From Thermostichus sp. DRC_bins_24 (GTDB lineage: Bacteria > Cyanobacteriota > Cyanobacteriia > Thermostichales > Thermostichaceae), in assembly GCA_039794845.1 (NCBI GenBank), contig JAUQVK010000083.1, positions 1 to 38,366 of the forward strand: 38,366 nt of DNA, in the 5' to 3' direction. A program made the translations under genes and the position numbers. A model generated the notes under the pieces. It was not told the DNA's origin and did not search any database. It worked only from the letters and a program-made list of their open reading frames with translations. This document shows, one piece after another, positions 26,811-36,612 of this stretch. Every line of letters begins with the position of its first letter. Positions within the stretch are counted from its first letter, which is position 1.

Positions 26811-28181
26811 ATGAGCTGCACCGTGATCCGCAATGGGGTGATCTTCACTGTTGATGCCCAGGATCGGGTTTACCGAGAAGGCACGGTGGTGGTGCGGGGG
26901 GATCGGATTGCCGCCGTTGGCCCTTCTGACCAGATCGGGATCCCGGCGGATGCCGGTCGCATCCTCGAGATGGACGGAAAAATGGCCTTGATCCCCGGCT
27001 TGATCGACACCCACAGCCACTCCAGCCTGTTGCGGGGGGTCACGGAAAATTATCAGCTCCTCGATTGGTTACCCCGTTACCAGCTGGAACACCGCGCCCT
27101 CACTGAAGCCGATGCCTACTACGCGGCCCTGCTCAGCTATTGGGAAGCCTTGAAGGGTGGCACCACCTGTGTCATGGATATGTACCGCTTTATGCACCGC
27201 TGTGCGGAGGCTGCCGGAGATTTGGGGTTGCGGGTGAACCTGGTGCCCTACACCGCCGATGCCCCCGGCAAAGACTTTTTTGAAACCATGGAAAGCACGC
27301 GCCAATTGATCGAAAGCCAGCACGGATCCCAGGGAGGACGGGTGCGGGTCTGGGTGGGGTTAGAGCACTTGTTTTACTGCTCGCCGGCGGCTTACCAAAC
27401 GGCGGTGGACTACTCGCGACACTACGGCGTCGGTATTCACACCCACAGCAGCGAGCAAAAAGAAGAAGTGGAAGCGGTGGAGCAACACTTTGGCCAAAAA
27501 CCCATCCATCTTTTTCAGCATTACGGCATTTTGGGGCCCCAAACAGCGATTGCCCACTGTGTTTGGTTGGATGAGTCGGAAATTCAACTCCTCAAAGACA
27601 CAGGTACTGCGGTCTGTCACTGCCCGATCAGCAACGCCAAACTGGCGGGAGGAATCGCCCCCATTCCCGAGATGCTGCAGGCTGGGATCCGCGTCGGGTT
27701 GGGTACCGATGGCAATATCTCCAACAACAACTTGGATCTGTTTGAGGAGATGAAATTCGCTTCTCTGCTGCAGAAAGTCAAACACTACGATGCTGCTGCT
27801 TTGCCTGCTTCCACGATGCTGCGAATGGCAACGATTGAAGGGGCGAAGGTGTTGGGGTTAGACCACGAAATTGGTTCCATCGAAGTGGGCAAAAAAGCCG
27901 ATTTGGTCTTGGTGGATTTGGCGCAGCCGAACTTAATGCCTCGGGTTTGGGAGCGCAACCCCAACGGCATGGAGGAGACCAACATTCTCTGGAACCTCGT
28001 CTATGCCGCCCGGGCCAGCAATGTGCACACTGTGTTTGTGGACGGGATCCCTGTGATCGAGGCCGGACGAAGCACCCGACTTTCGGAGGCCAAGGCCCTG
28101 GCTGAAATTCAGGCCCAAACGGAAGACCTGCTGCGCCGCCGGGATCCCTTCAAGGCGACCCTGACTCCCGTGGTGGGCTAG
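26811..28181 (+). CDS. Metal-dependent amidohydrolase (MtaD/AtzA-like deaminase family)
   Basis: PGLIDTHSH, HTHSSE, AHCVWL, HCPISN.KL and GLGTDG. Start at 26811 or 26790. Confidence 0.88.
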   Translation: MSCTVIRNGVIFTVDAQDRVYREGTVVVRGDRIAAVGPSDQIGIPADAGRILEMDGKMALIPGLIDTHSHSSLLRGVTENYQLLDWLPRYQLEHRALTEADAYYAALLSYWEALKGGTTCVMDMYRFMHRCAEAAGDLGLRVNLVPYTADAPGKDFFETMESTRQLIESQHGSQGGRVRVWVGLEHLFYCSPAAYQTAVDYSRHYGVGIHTHSSEQKEEVEAVEQHFGQKPIHLFQHYGILGPQTAIAHCVWLDESEIQLLKDTGTAVCHCPISNAKLAGGIAPIPEMLQAGIRVGLGTDGNISNNNLDLFEEMKFASLLQKVKHYDAAALPASTMLRMATIEGAKVLGLDHEIGSIEVGKKADLVLVDLAQPNLMPRVWERNPNGMEETNILWNLVYAARASNVHTVFVDGIPVIEAGRSTRLSEAKALAEIQAQTEDLLRRRDPFKATLTPVVG

Positions 28182-28191
28182 GGATCCTTAA

Positions 28192-28238
28192 CCGGATCAA
28201 AAGCCGGATCAAACTGGATCAGGCTGGATCAGGCTGAT
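28192..28238. repeat. Short ~10-bp tandem repeat (CYGGATCARR) between convergent genes
   Basis: CCGGATCAAAAG CCGGATCAAA CTGGATCAGG CTGGATCAGG CTGAT. Confidence 0.7.
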
Positions 28239-28948
28239 TTTTCGATCACCAGCACCCCCATCATGCCCCAAACCAAGGGATAAAACCTGGCTCCGGCAAA
28301 CCCCGCCTGCAGAGCCATTTGCCGTTGTTCTGCGCCGGAGGGGAAGCAATCCAAACTGGGGTCGATGTAGGCGTAGTCTGGGCCTAACCCCAACGCCTTA
28401 GCCTGGGAGACAACCTGGGTGTTCAAGTACCAACGCTGGAATTGCTCGAAAAAAGGGATCCCTGTAGGCCGATGAAAATCAAGAATGGCCGCCCGCCCCC
28501 CCGGCTTCAAGACCCGCCGCATCTCCCGCAAAGCCCGGGGAATATCCGTTACATTGCGCAGACCGTAGCCCATCGTGATCGCATCAAAGCTCTGCTCGGC
28601 AAAAGGCAAATTGAGGGCATCCCCCAAGATCCACTCCAACGAGCAAGCGGGAGGGTGTTGAGCCCCTCGAGATTGGGCAATCGACAACATGGCGGCAGAA
28701 AAATCCAGGCCCACCACCCGCCCATTCCTACCCACCCTGCGGGCCAACTGCAACGCCAGATCCCCAGTTCCACAGCACAGATCCAACACCTGATCCCCCT
28801 GAGTGGCTCCTGACCAGCGCACCGCCATCCGCTTCCAAACCCGATGTAGGCCCAGACTCAGGCTTTGGTTCAATTGGTCGTAATGGGGGGCTATACGGTC
28901 AAACAGTTCCCGAATTTGTTCGGGGTGTTCAACAGTTGGACTGGGCAC
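28229..28948 (-). CDS. menG: Demethylphylloquinone/demethylmenaquinone methyltransferase (UbiE/MenG)
   Basis: IRELFDRIAPHYDQLN..LSLGLHRVWK, LDLCCGTGD, MGYGLRNV and RVLKPGG. Confidence 0.9.
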   Translation of the reverse strand: MPSPTVEHPEQIRELFDRIAPHYDQLNQSLSLGLHRVWKRMAVRWSGATQGDQVLDLCCGTGDLALQLARRVGRNGRVVGLDFSAAMLSIAQSRGAQHPPACSLEWILGDALNLPFAEQSFDAITMGYGLRNVTDIPRALREMRRVLKPGGRAAILDFHRPTGIPFFEQFQRWYLNTQVVSQAKALGLGPDYAYIDPSLDCFPSGAEQRQMALQAGFAGARFYPLVWGMMGVLVIEKSA

Positions 28949-29035
28949 CGGTTCGCAACTCCACTGGCAGAAAGAGTTGGGATCCCCGACCCGACGGATC
29001 CCGTTTGTTTATCTTAGGCCTGCGCGGTCGGGTTT

Positions 29036-29143
29036 TACAGCCCTTGCGCGGGTTTTCTACAGCAGGGTTTATGCTTCCTCAGCCCTCCAGGAGGTGGGTT
29101 TCAACCTCCATAGCTGTTACATGTGACTAGCGAAAGGACTGTA
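29036..29143 (-). mobile_element. MITE family A, complete copy (108 bp)
   Basis: TIRs TACAGCCCTTGCGC and GCGAAAGGACTGTA match at 12/14 positions. Interior matches the other family A copies. Confidence 0.8.
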
Positions 29144-29241
29144 TGGTCATTGCCATCAAGATCAAGGCTGAAACAGCTCCCTCACCCCTACCCCCTCTCT
29201 CAAAGGGAAGTCAGAAAGGGTATCTGTTTGGGGTGACCGTA
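29142..29241 (+). mobile_element. MITE family B (TATGGTCA...TGACCGTA) with BoxC-like CCCTCACCCC/CCCTCTC core
   Basis: Shares a TA with its neighbours on both sides. The core and TTTGGGGTGACCGTA end match 35811-35911. Confidence 0.6.
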
Positions 29242-29406
29242 CAGCCTTTTCCAGCGTTACCTACTACAGCCGGCGTCCCTCCGGGTCGTGCGGTTCGCGG
29301 AGCAATGCCGTAGGCAGAGCACGATGCAGTTCAATGCGGGTCAATCCTTCGCCTGACGGAAGTTTAGCTAAGCTTTGGGGCTACAGGAAGTCGGAAAAGG
29401 CCGTTA
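29240..29406 (+). mobile_element. Third TA-flanked MITE-like element
   Basis: CAGCCTTTTCC (29242-29252) and GGAAAAGGCCG (29393-29403) form a 10/11 inverted match. The right end abuts the RND gene stop codon. Confidence 0.55.
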
Positions 29407-32400
29407 CTTCCGATTGCCTGCTGCCACCGCCGTAGAGGACAAGCTGGGCAGGCTGGGTAAGGTGGGGGTCTGCGGCCCAGAGCCATGCAGCAGCACATAA
29501 AAACAAGGAATGAGAAATAGCGTCAGCAGCGTCGCCAGGGAGAGGCCGGAAAACACCACTACCCCCAAGGGTTGCAGCAATTCAGAGCCTTCCCCCAAGC
29601 CCAGCGCCAAAGGAAACAGGCCCAACACGGTGGTTACCGTCGTCATCAGGATCGGGCGTAGCCGTTGCGGGGCAGCATTTAACATGGCACTGCGGTAATC
29701 CAAGCCTTGCTCCTCTCGCATTTGGTTGGCCAGCTCCACCATCAAAATGGCGTTGTTGACCACGATCCCCACCAGCAGCACCGCCCCCACCAGCACCGTC
29801 GCCCCCACCGCAGTTCGGGTGAGGAACAAGCCCAGGATCCCTCCGGAAAGGGCCAAGGGCACCGTCAGCAGGATCACCAGCGGGTCGATCAAGGAGTTGT
29901 ACTGTACCGCCATCACCACAAACACCAAGAAGGCCGCCAGGGATCCCAGGAGCAGCAGGTTATTGCGCAACTCCTGGTTGGTGGCCAGGGCCTCGCTGGG
30001 CAGGCGGGTAACCCCGGCAGGCAGTTCCAAGCCGGATAAAATCTCATCCACCTCTTGGAGGGCGGCACTTTGGGTGGCTCCAGCGGTGAGGCTACCGTTT
30101 AGGATCGCCACCTGCCGTTGGTTGATGCGGCGAATTTCCCCCGGGGCTTCCGTCATTTGCAGACGGGCCACATCCCCCAAACGCACCGGCTGCCCATTTT
30201 GCAGAAAAAGGGGCAACCGCTCCAGTTGCGAGGGCTGGGTAACGGGCGTCGCCAGGCGAACCCGCACATCCACAAGGCGACCACCCTGTTGCAGTTGCGT
30301 GGGCACGGATCCCTGTACCGCCGTTTGCACCACCCGGCCAATGTCTTGAGGGGTGAGGCGTAAGGGGGTGGCCCGCTCCCAATCCGGCCAGACTTGCACC
30401 TCCGGCTGGTTGTCATCGGCATCGGGGCGGAAGGTGGAGAGGGTGGCTTGTTCATCCAAGGCCCGCAACACCAAACGGCTGGCCGCTTGCAACGCCTGCG
30501 GATCCTCCCCCTGCAGCACCACATCCACCTCGGCATTGACGGCGGAGTTGCGGGTGGAAAGCCCGCGCACGCTGCCCGGCGCAACCCGGATCCGGGATCC
30601 CACCAAATTCAGGCGGTTCATCAGGCCATTCACCCGATCCACAAAAGGGCCTACCTCTGTGCCTGGTTTGAGGGTGATGTTGCTGGTGCCCCGCAGCGGA
30701 TTTTCAAAGGTGCTGCCCCCAAAGGCGGATCCCCCGGCTGTGGTAAACACATACTCCACCTCCGGCTGCGCCAAGAGAATGCGATCCACCTCCTGCATGA
30801 TGCGCTGGTTGGTTTCCAGGGTGGTGCCGGGGGCAAAGTTGGCAAATAGGTTCACCTGCCCGGTGCTGATGCGGGGTAACAGCTCCTGGCTGAGTTGCCC
30901 CGCCATCCAATAGCTACCCCCCCCCAACAGCAAAAAGGCCATCAGGATCAGCAGCCCAGGCCGCAACAACAGGCGACCCAACAGGCGTTGATAGGCATAA
31001 GTCCCGTTGATCACCCCCTGCTGAAAGGCCCGCATCGGCCCCCATTGCTTTAAGCCACTGCTGCCGCGAATCGTCAGCAGGCGAGAGGTGAGCATGGGCA
31101 CCACCGTCAGGCCCACCACCAGGGATCCGGCCACGGCGAAACTAATCGTCAGGATCAACTCGTTAAAGATCAACGACACAAAGCCGCCGATCAGCAAAAA
31201 GGGTAAGACCGACACCAAGTTGGTGGCCGTAGAGGCCAAAAGGGCCGATTCCAACTCGCGGCTGCTGTGCTCCGCCTGCTCGATCACCCGTTGCCCAAAC
31301 CACTGGGCGTTGCCGTTCTCCCGTGGGATCCCTTCCGCCCCTTTGACGATGTTTTCTAACATCACAATGGCGTTGTCCACCACGATCCCCACCCCCAGGG
31401 CCAAGCCCCCCAGGCTGATGATGTTAATGGAAAGGCCAAACAAGCCCATCAGCACAATGGCCGCCAATGTAGCCAAGGGAATGGCGATGACCACGATCAA
31501 GGTCTGGCGCAGGGATCCCAAAAACAGCAGCACCGCAATACCTGCCAGTACGGCCCCACCCAATCCGGCGGTGGCCACACTTTGAATGGAGCTGCGAATA
31601 AAACGGGACTCATCACTGGTGGGGGTTAGGGTCATCTCCGGGGGGATAATGCCGGTGGCCCGCAGTTGCTCTAGGCGGCGGCGGATCCCTTCCACCACCA
31701 CGATGGTGTTGGCTTCCGGCTGCTTTTGAATGCTGAGGCGCACCGCTGGTTCACCGTTCAGGGTCACCCGTACTCCTTCGGCGGCAGGGCGCACCGTGAT
31801 GGTGGCCATGTCCGTCAGGCGCACCGTGGAACCATTGGGGGTGGTCAAGCGCAATGCCTGAATGTCCTCCGGGCTGCGAAACCGACCAACGGTGCGCGTC
31901 AAGGACTCCGATAGCCCCCCGCGGATGCGGCCCCCGGAAATATCTTGGTTGCGGGCTTGCACCTGGCCCAACACATCCGTCAGGCCCAACCCCAAGGCCT
32001 GCATCCGATCCAAATCCAGATCCACCTGCACTTCTTCGGTGATGCCCCCCGCCACATCCACCGTGGCCACCCCGGGCACCACCCCCAGATCACGGGCCAA
32101 CTCTTCTTCCGCAAAGCGGCGCAGCTCCACCCCCTCTAGGCCCGGCGCCTTCAAGGCAAACTCGTAAACGGGCAACTGGGAGGGGTCGAACTTAAACACC
32201 GTGGGAGCAGACACCTCATCCGGCAGCCGCCCCCTGGCCCGGTTCACCGCCGCCGTTGTGTCGTTCAGGGCTTGGTCAATGTTGCCCCCCGGCGCGAAGA
32301 AGAGATCCACCCGTACCTGACCCTCGCGGGTGGTGGAATAGATCTGCTCCACCCCCTCGACCGTGGAAAGGGATTCCTCCAAAGGACGGGTGATCTCCTC

Positions 32401-32601
32401 AATGGCCACCTCCGGCGTTACCCCGGCCACATCCACCCGTACCCCGATGCGCGGATAGACAATCGAAGGCAGTAGATCCACCGGCAGGCGGGTAATGAAA
32501 TAGAAGCCCATGACGATCACCGCTAAGGCCAACATCAGGGTGCCGATGTGGCGGCGAATTGAGAGGCCACTGACGCTGAGTCCGGTTTTGGCTGGGGTCA
32601 T
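29404..32601 (-). CDS. RND efflux transporter permease (AcrB/CzcA superfamily)
   Basis: LPVDLLP, GIVVDNAIVMLENI, GIVVNNAILMVE and RLRPILMTT. ATG at 32601. Confidence 0.95.
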   Translation of the reverse strand: MTPAKTGLSVSGLSIRRHIGTLMLALAVIVMGFYFITRLPVDLLPSIVYPRIGVRVDVAGVTPEVAIEEITRPLEESLSTVEGVEQIYSTTREGQVRVDLFFAPGGNIDQALNDTTAAVNRARGRLPDEVSAPTVFKFDPSQLPVYEFALKAPGLEGVELRRFAEEELARDLGVVPGVATVDVAGGITEEVQVDLDLDRMQALGLGLTDVLGQVQARNQDISGGRIRGGLSESLTRTVGRFRSPEDIQALRLTTPNGSTVRLTDMATITVRPAAEGVRVTLNGEPAVRLSIQKQPEANTIVVVEGIRRRLEQLRATGIIPPEMTLTPTSDESRFIRSSIQSVATAGLGGAVLAGIAVLLFLGSLRQTLIVVIAIPLATLAAIVLMGLFGLSINIISLGGLALGVGIVVDNAIVMLENIVKGAEGIPRENGNAQWFGQRVIEQAEHSSRELESALLASTATNLVSVLPFLLIGGFVSLIFNELILTISFAVAGSLVVGLTVVPMLTSRLLTIRGSSGLKQWGPMRAFQQGVINGTYAYQRLLGRLLLRPGLLILMAFLLLGGGSYWMAGQLSQELLPRISTGQVNLFANFAPGTTLETNQRIMQEVDRILLAQPEVEYVFTTAGGSAFGGSTFENPLRGTSNITLKPGTEVGPFVDRVNGLMNRLNLVGSRIRVAPGSVRGLSTRNSAVNAEVDVVLQGEDPQALQAASRLVLRALDEQATLSTFRPDADDNQPEVQVWPDWERATPLRLTPQDIGRVVQTAVQGSVPTQLQQGGRLVDVRVRLATPVTQPSQLERLPLFLQNGQPVRLGDVARLQMTEAPGEIRRINQRQVAILNGSLTAGATQSAALQEVDEILSGLELPAGVTRLPSEALATNQELRNNLLLLGSLAAFLVFVVMAVQYNSLIDPLVILLTVPLALSGGILGLFLTRTAVGATVLVGAVLLVGIVVNNAILMVELANQMREEQGLDYRSAMLNAAPQRLRPILMTTVTTVLGLFPLALGLGEGSELLQPLGVVVFSGLSLATLLTLFLIPCFYVLLHGSGPQTPTLPSLPSLSSTAVAAGNRK

Positions 32602-32807
32602 GGGGTTAGCTCCCTTGTTAGGCTGCAAATAAGTTCAAGTTGTCTGCACGATTTCGGGATCCCAGGGTTCAATCTGCTCTATCCACGAAGAGAGTAAAAA
32701 CCTGAGATGACGTATTTCCCGTCACCCACTGCGTCCAGCCCTGGGGATCCAGGCTGACCAGTCGTTTGCTGCCGATGTCTGCTTTTTGGGTCATCTGGCG
32801 TCCTTAC

Positions 32808-34133
32808 TTAATCGGGCATGGTGGAAATGACACTCAGTTGCACTTCCTGTCCGTCTTGGAGGGGGGTGGAGCTGCGCACCACAAAGGGTTCACCGGCTTC
32901 CAACCCCGATAAAACTTCTACTTGTCCATCCCGTTGTTCCCCCAACTGCACCGGACGGGCCATCACTCGCGTTGCTTCCCCTTGCCGCTCCACCACAAAG
33001 ACCGTGGCGGAACCTGGCCCGTTCTGCTGAATGGCCGTCTGGGGAACGATCACCCCTTGTTCCTCCGGCAGGGCCAACTGCACCCGGGCCAACAGCCCAC
33101 TGCCAATCCGCCCATCGGGGTTGGGGATCATTACTTCAATCGGAATCAACCGCGCCTGCGGATCCGCGGCGGGGGAAATGCGGGTAATTTGTCCGGGAAA
33201 GCTCTGGCCGGGGAAGGCATCCAACTGCACCTGGATCCCTTGCCCCACCTGCACCCGCCCTAGCTCCAACTCGGAGAGGGGAAACTCCACCCGCACCTGG
33301 CTGAAATCCGCCACCGTCAGCACATCCGCCCCCGAATTGAGGAAGCTGCCGGGATCCGCCTGGCGGGAGAGCACCACCCCACTCAGGGGGGACAACAGCT
33401 GGGTATGGGAAAGGCGTTCTTGGGCTTGCGCCACCAGGGATCCCTGGGCTTCCACCTGGCGTTGGGCGGCGATCACCGCTTGCTCCTGGGTGCGCACCTG
33501 TGCTTCGGCAGAGCGCAGAGCTTGGGCGGCAGTCCGGGCAGCGGTTCGAGCTTGCTCCGCCTGCTGGGCGGACACGGCGCCGTCCTGGGCCAACTGGGCC
33601 AGTCGTTCGGCATCCGCTTCCTGCTGCAAGAGATTGACGCGGGCCTGCTCCACCTGCGTGCGAGCCTGGCTCAGTTGGGCTTCAGCTTGGGCCACCTGGG
33701 ACTCTTGGGCCGCCAATTGTGCTTGGGCCTGGAGGAGGGCCGATTGCAACAGGGTGGGATCCAATTGCCCCAGGAGTTGCCCTTCTTGCACGGGATCCCC
33801 CACATCTACCGATAACGCCAACAACACCCCTTCCGTACGGGTGCGCAGCGTTGCCTGCCGCAAGGGTTGGGTGGTGCCGGTATAGCGCAAATCGGCATTT
33901 AGGGATCCCATCTGGGCCGTCGCCACATCCACCGACACAGCACGCGGTGGCCCACCAACCCCGGGCGGTGGCCCAGACTCCAACCCGCGACGCTGGGCCA
34001 AAACCACTCGGGAATGGACGGCAACGAGGCCAGCTCCAGCAACACCCAGAATCACCACCAGACTGAAGATACAAGCCTGAGGGAGGTGCCTTGCTAGGCT
34101 CGGTAGCCCAGATTTCCCTTTCGTCCAACGCAT
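32808..34133 (-). CDS. RND periplasmic adaptor (membrane fusion protein)
   Basis: N-terminal TM, lipoyl half-motifs VDVGDPVQEGQLL and SPLSGVV, Gln/Ala coiled coil and G.ITRISPAAD. Confidence 0.93.
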   Translation of the reverse strand: MRWTKGKSGLPSLARHLPQACIFSLVVILGVAGAGLVAVHSRVVLAQRRGLESGPPPGVGGPPRAVSVDVATAQMGSLNADLRYTGTTQPLRQATLRTRTEGVLLALSVDVGDPVQEGQLLGQLDPTLLQSALLQAQAQLAAQESQVAQAEAQLSQARTQVEQARVNLLQQEADAERLAQLAQDGAVSAQQAEQARTAARTAAQALRSAEAQVRTQEQAVIAAQRQVEAQGSLVAQAQERLSHTQLLSPLSGVVLSRQADPGSFLNSGADVLTVADFSQVRVEFPLSELELGRVQVGQGIQVQLDAFPGQSFPGQITRISPAADPQARLIPIEVMIPNPDGRIGSGLLARVQLALPEEQGVIVPQTAIQQNGPGSATVFVVERQGEATRVMARPVQLGEQRDGQVEVLSGLEAGEPFVVRSSTPLQDGQEVQLSVISTMPD

Positions 34134-34408
34134 CGCTAGCTACCCCCAACCGACTGGCCTACTTCAACTGCCATTGTGGAGAATAATCCACGGCAAAAAA
34201 GAACGGCTTATCCGGTTTGACTCCCCCCTTGCGTGAATGGTTCAAACTCAGATGGTGAATTTGGTGAACCTTTCAGGGGCTTTGCTTTAGCAATCCTTCA
34301 CATTTCTACCCGACAAAGGGGATCCCTGCCAACCCAGCCTCCGAAGAGCGACGGCTTGGGGCCATCGTCATTGCGGGAAAGCGTCAGCCGGTTCTCGACC
34401 CCGCAAAA

Positions 34409-34454
34409 CCAGACAATCCAGACAATCGAGACAATCCAGACAATTAAGATAATC
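34409..34454. repeat. 9-bp tandem repeat x5 upstream of tal
   Basis: AGACAAT at 34411, 34420, 34429 and 34438, and AGATAAT at 34447. Confidence 0.9.
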
Positions 34455-34543
34455 TCACGTCTGCCGGGATCCCTGGAGGAATGAGTCACACTGAAGCTAG
34501 GTCGCAGAAGCGGCGCGTAGCGCACAATTCCGAGGAGCCAAAC

Positions 34544-35722
34544 ATGAGCAGGAGCTTGCTGGAGCAGTTGCGGCAGATGACTGTCGTGGTCGCCGATACC
34601 GGTGACATCAATGCCATCGAGAGTTTCAAGCCTCAAGACGCCACCACCAATCCCTCTTTAATTACCGCTGCTGCCCAAATGCCTCAGTACCAGGGCATTG
34701 TCGATGAAACCTTGCTCAAAGCCCGCCAAGAGGTGGGATCCCAGGCGGACCCACGAACGGTTGTTTCCCTTGCCATCGATCAGCTGGCGGTTGCCTTCGG
34801 CTTGCGGATCTTGTCGATCATCCCCGGACGGGTGTCTACCGAAGTGGATGCTCGCCTCTCCTACGATACCGAAGCGACAGTGGCCAAGGCCCGCTACCTG
34901 ATTAGCCAATACAAAGCTGCTGGAGCGGATCCCAGCCGGGTGCTGATCAAGATCGCCTCCACCTGGGAAGGAATCCGAGCTGCCGAGATTCTGGAAAAAG
35001 AGGGGATCCACTGCAACCTCACCCTGCTGTTCGGCCTTCACCAAGCCATTGCCTGTGCCGAGGCGGGGGTGAAGCTGATTTCGCCTTTCGTGGGCCGCAT
35101 TTTGGACTGGTACAAGAAAAATACGGGCAGAGAGAGCTATCCACCTGCCGAAGATCCAGGGGTAATCTCGGTAACGGAGATCTACAACTACTTCCGCAAA
35201 TTCGATTTTCCCACCGAAGTGATGGGGGCGAGCTTCCGCAACATTGGGGAAATCACGGAGTTGGCAGGCTGCGATCTGCTCACCATTTCACCGGGGCTGC
35301 TGGCGGAACTGCAAAACACCCAAGGGGATCTGCCCCGCAAATTGGATCCCGAGAAGGCGAAAAAACTGGATATCCCCCGCCTGGTGATGGACAAAGCCAC
35401 CTTCGACCAAATGCACAGGGAAAACCGCATGGCCTCGGAAAAGCTGGAAGAGGGCATCCAGGGGTTCTCGAAAGCGTTGGTGGCCTTGGAAACCCTACTC
35501 ACCGAACGGCTGCAGAAGTTGGAGGGCAACAAGGAGGTTGTTACCCATGCCGCCCAGGACGTGTTCCGCGTCTACGACCTGGATGGGGATGGCTTTATCA
35601 CCCGCGAGGAATGGATGGGGGCCGACCGCGTGTTCGATGCTCTCGATGCCAACCAAGACGGCAAAATCACCCCCGAGGAGATGTTGGTGGGGCTGGGGGC
35701 AGCCGTCTACCTGAAAAAGTAA
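34544..35722 (+). CDS. tal: Transaldolase with C-terminal EF-hand pair
   Basis: [25 protein letters not shown] and ISPFVGRI, plus EF-hands [12 protein letters not shown] and [15 protein letters not shown] at 34544 follows GAGGAG. Confidence 0.96.
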   Translation: MSRSLLEQLRQMTVVVADTGDINAIESFKPQDATTNPSLITAAAQMPQYQGIVDETLLKARQEVGSQADPRTVVSLAIDQLAVAFGLRILSIIPGRVSTEVDARLSYDTEATVAKARYLISQYKAAGADPSRVLIKIASTWEGIRAAEILEKEGIHCNLTLLFGLHQAIACAEAGVKLISPFVGRILDWYKKNTGRESYPPAEDPGVISVTEIYNYFRKFDFPTEVMGASFRNIGEITELAGCDLLTISPGLLAELQNTQGDLPRKLDPEKAKKLDIPRLVMDKATFDQMHRENRMASEKLEEGIQGFSKALVALETLLTERLQKLEGNKEVVTHAAQDVFRVYDLDGDGFITREEWMGADRVFDALDANQDGKITPEEMLVGLGAAVYLKK

Positions 35723-35810
35723 TCTGGGCTATTGACTTTAGTTGCCCTCTATTGCCCTTTGAGGGGAATCAGCCCCTCAGCGCCATACCTGTCTGTACCT
35801 GTATTTGACT

Positions 35811-35911
35811 GCCCTCACCCCCTTCCCGCAGCGTGGCACCGGTCGCAGCGCCTCTCCCAGAGCGGGAGAGGGGAGCTAAAGAGTGTATCGTTCTTATTTG
35901 GAGTGACCCTA
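35811..35911 (+). repeat. MITE family B / BoxC-like element (partial)
   Basis: CCCTCACCCC, hairpin CCTCTCCC-AGAGC-GGGAGAGG (35851-35871) and end TTTGGAGTGACCCTA, similar to 29179-29241. Confidence 0.65.
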
Positions 35912-35940
35912 CCTATATGTTATGTGTGTTACAGGTAACT

Positions 35941-35964
35941 CACGTAACTGGCAAAAGGGCCGTG
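35941..35964 (-). mobile_element. Degenerate MITE family A terminal sequence
   Basis: Minus-strand CACGGCCCTTTTGCCAGTTACGTG differs only by transitions from TACAGTCCTTTCGCTAGTCACATG (minus strand from 29143). Confidence 0.5.
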
Positions 35965-35969
35965 TTGCC

Positions 35970-36539
35970 TCAAGCATGCCAAAGTTGGTTGGGAGTAAGG
36001 CTCATCTCACCCAAGAGAACAGAGCGAATCGAGCTATCTCCCTCGTATGCTTGTTCCTCATAAAGTCCTTCTACCCACTCCAGCACCGTCACCCGACGTA
36101 GCATCGGATCCACAATCCAATATTCTGAAATGCCTCGGGCCGCATATTCCGAGCGTTTGTAGCGATAATCTCGATTTTCTTGCCCTGGACTCACCACTTC
36201 TACCACCAAAAGAGGCGGTGGCATATCCGGCATAATGGTTGAGCGGGTAGCCCCTTCTAACGCGGTAGCCAGTTCTTCCGACAAAATCATCAAATCCGGG
36301 ATCCGGGTGGTTGCGCCTGCTCCACTTACAACAATCTCGGTTTTCTGAGTTAGACGGTAGCTTGGGATCCCTTGCTGTAAGAAATAGGCAAACAAGAAAC
36401 TGGCAATCCGACGATTGGCTTCGCTCTCTGGCGGCACTTCGACCAACTCTCCATTCACCAGCTCGTAGGCATGATCTGTGTCAGTTTCCAGACTCAAGTA
36501 GGTCTGCAAAGACATGGGTTTTGAGATGAGTGTGGCCAT
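35970..36539 (-). CDS. Uma2 (DUF820) family putative endonuclease
   Basis: YELVNGELVEVPPES, R.PDL, LVVEVVSPG, DYRYKRSEYAARGISEYWIVDP. Confidence 0.93.
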   Translation of the reverse strand: MATLISKPMSLQTYLSLETDTDHAYELVNGELVEVPPESEANRRIASFLFAYFLQQGIPSYRLTQKTEIVVSGAGATTRIPDLMILSEELATALEGATRSTIMPDMPPPLLVVEVVSPGQENRDYRYKRSEYAARGISEYWIVDPMLRRVTVLEWVEGLYEEQAYEGDSSIRSVLLGEMSLTPNQLWHA

Positions 36540-36612
36540 GGAATGCAGCTCCCCGGTTAAGTGCTGGCCAAGCTTTTGACTCTGCCATCAACCTTCCCTC
36601 CACTCTAAAGAC

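Noticed and set aside
29271..29320. Short GC hairpins (CGGCGTCCCTCCGGGTCG; GCGGAGCAATGCCGTAGGCA) resembling cyanobacterial small dispersed repeats or an ncRNA
   Set aside because: Single copies in this window. A family assignment cannot be supported without a search.
34409..34454. CRISPR array
   Set aside because: The units are 9 bp with no spacers. No CRISPR repeats or cas genes were seen in the window.
35566..35722. EF-hand pair fused to transaldolase as a novelty
   Set aside because: The fusion is real but is an already known feature of cyanobacterial transaldolases.
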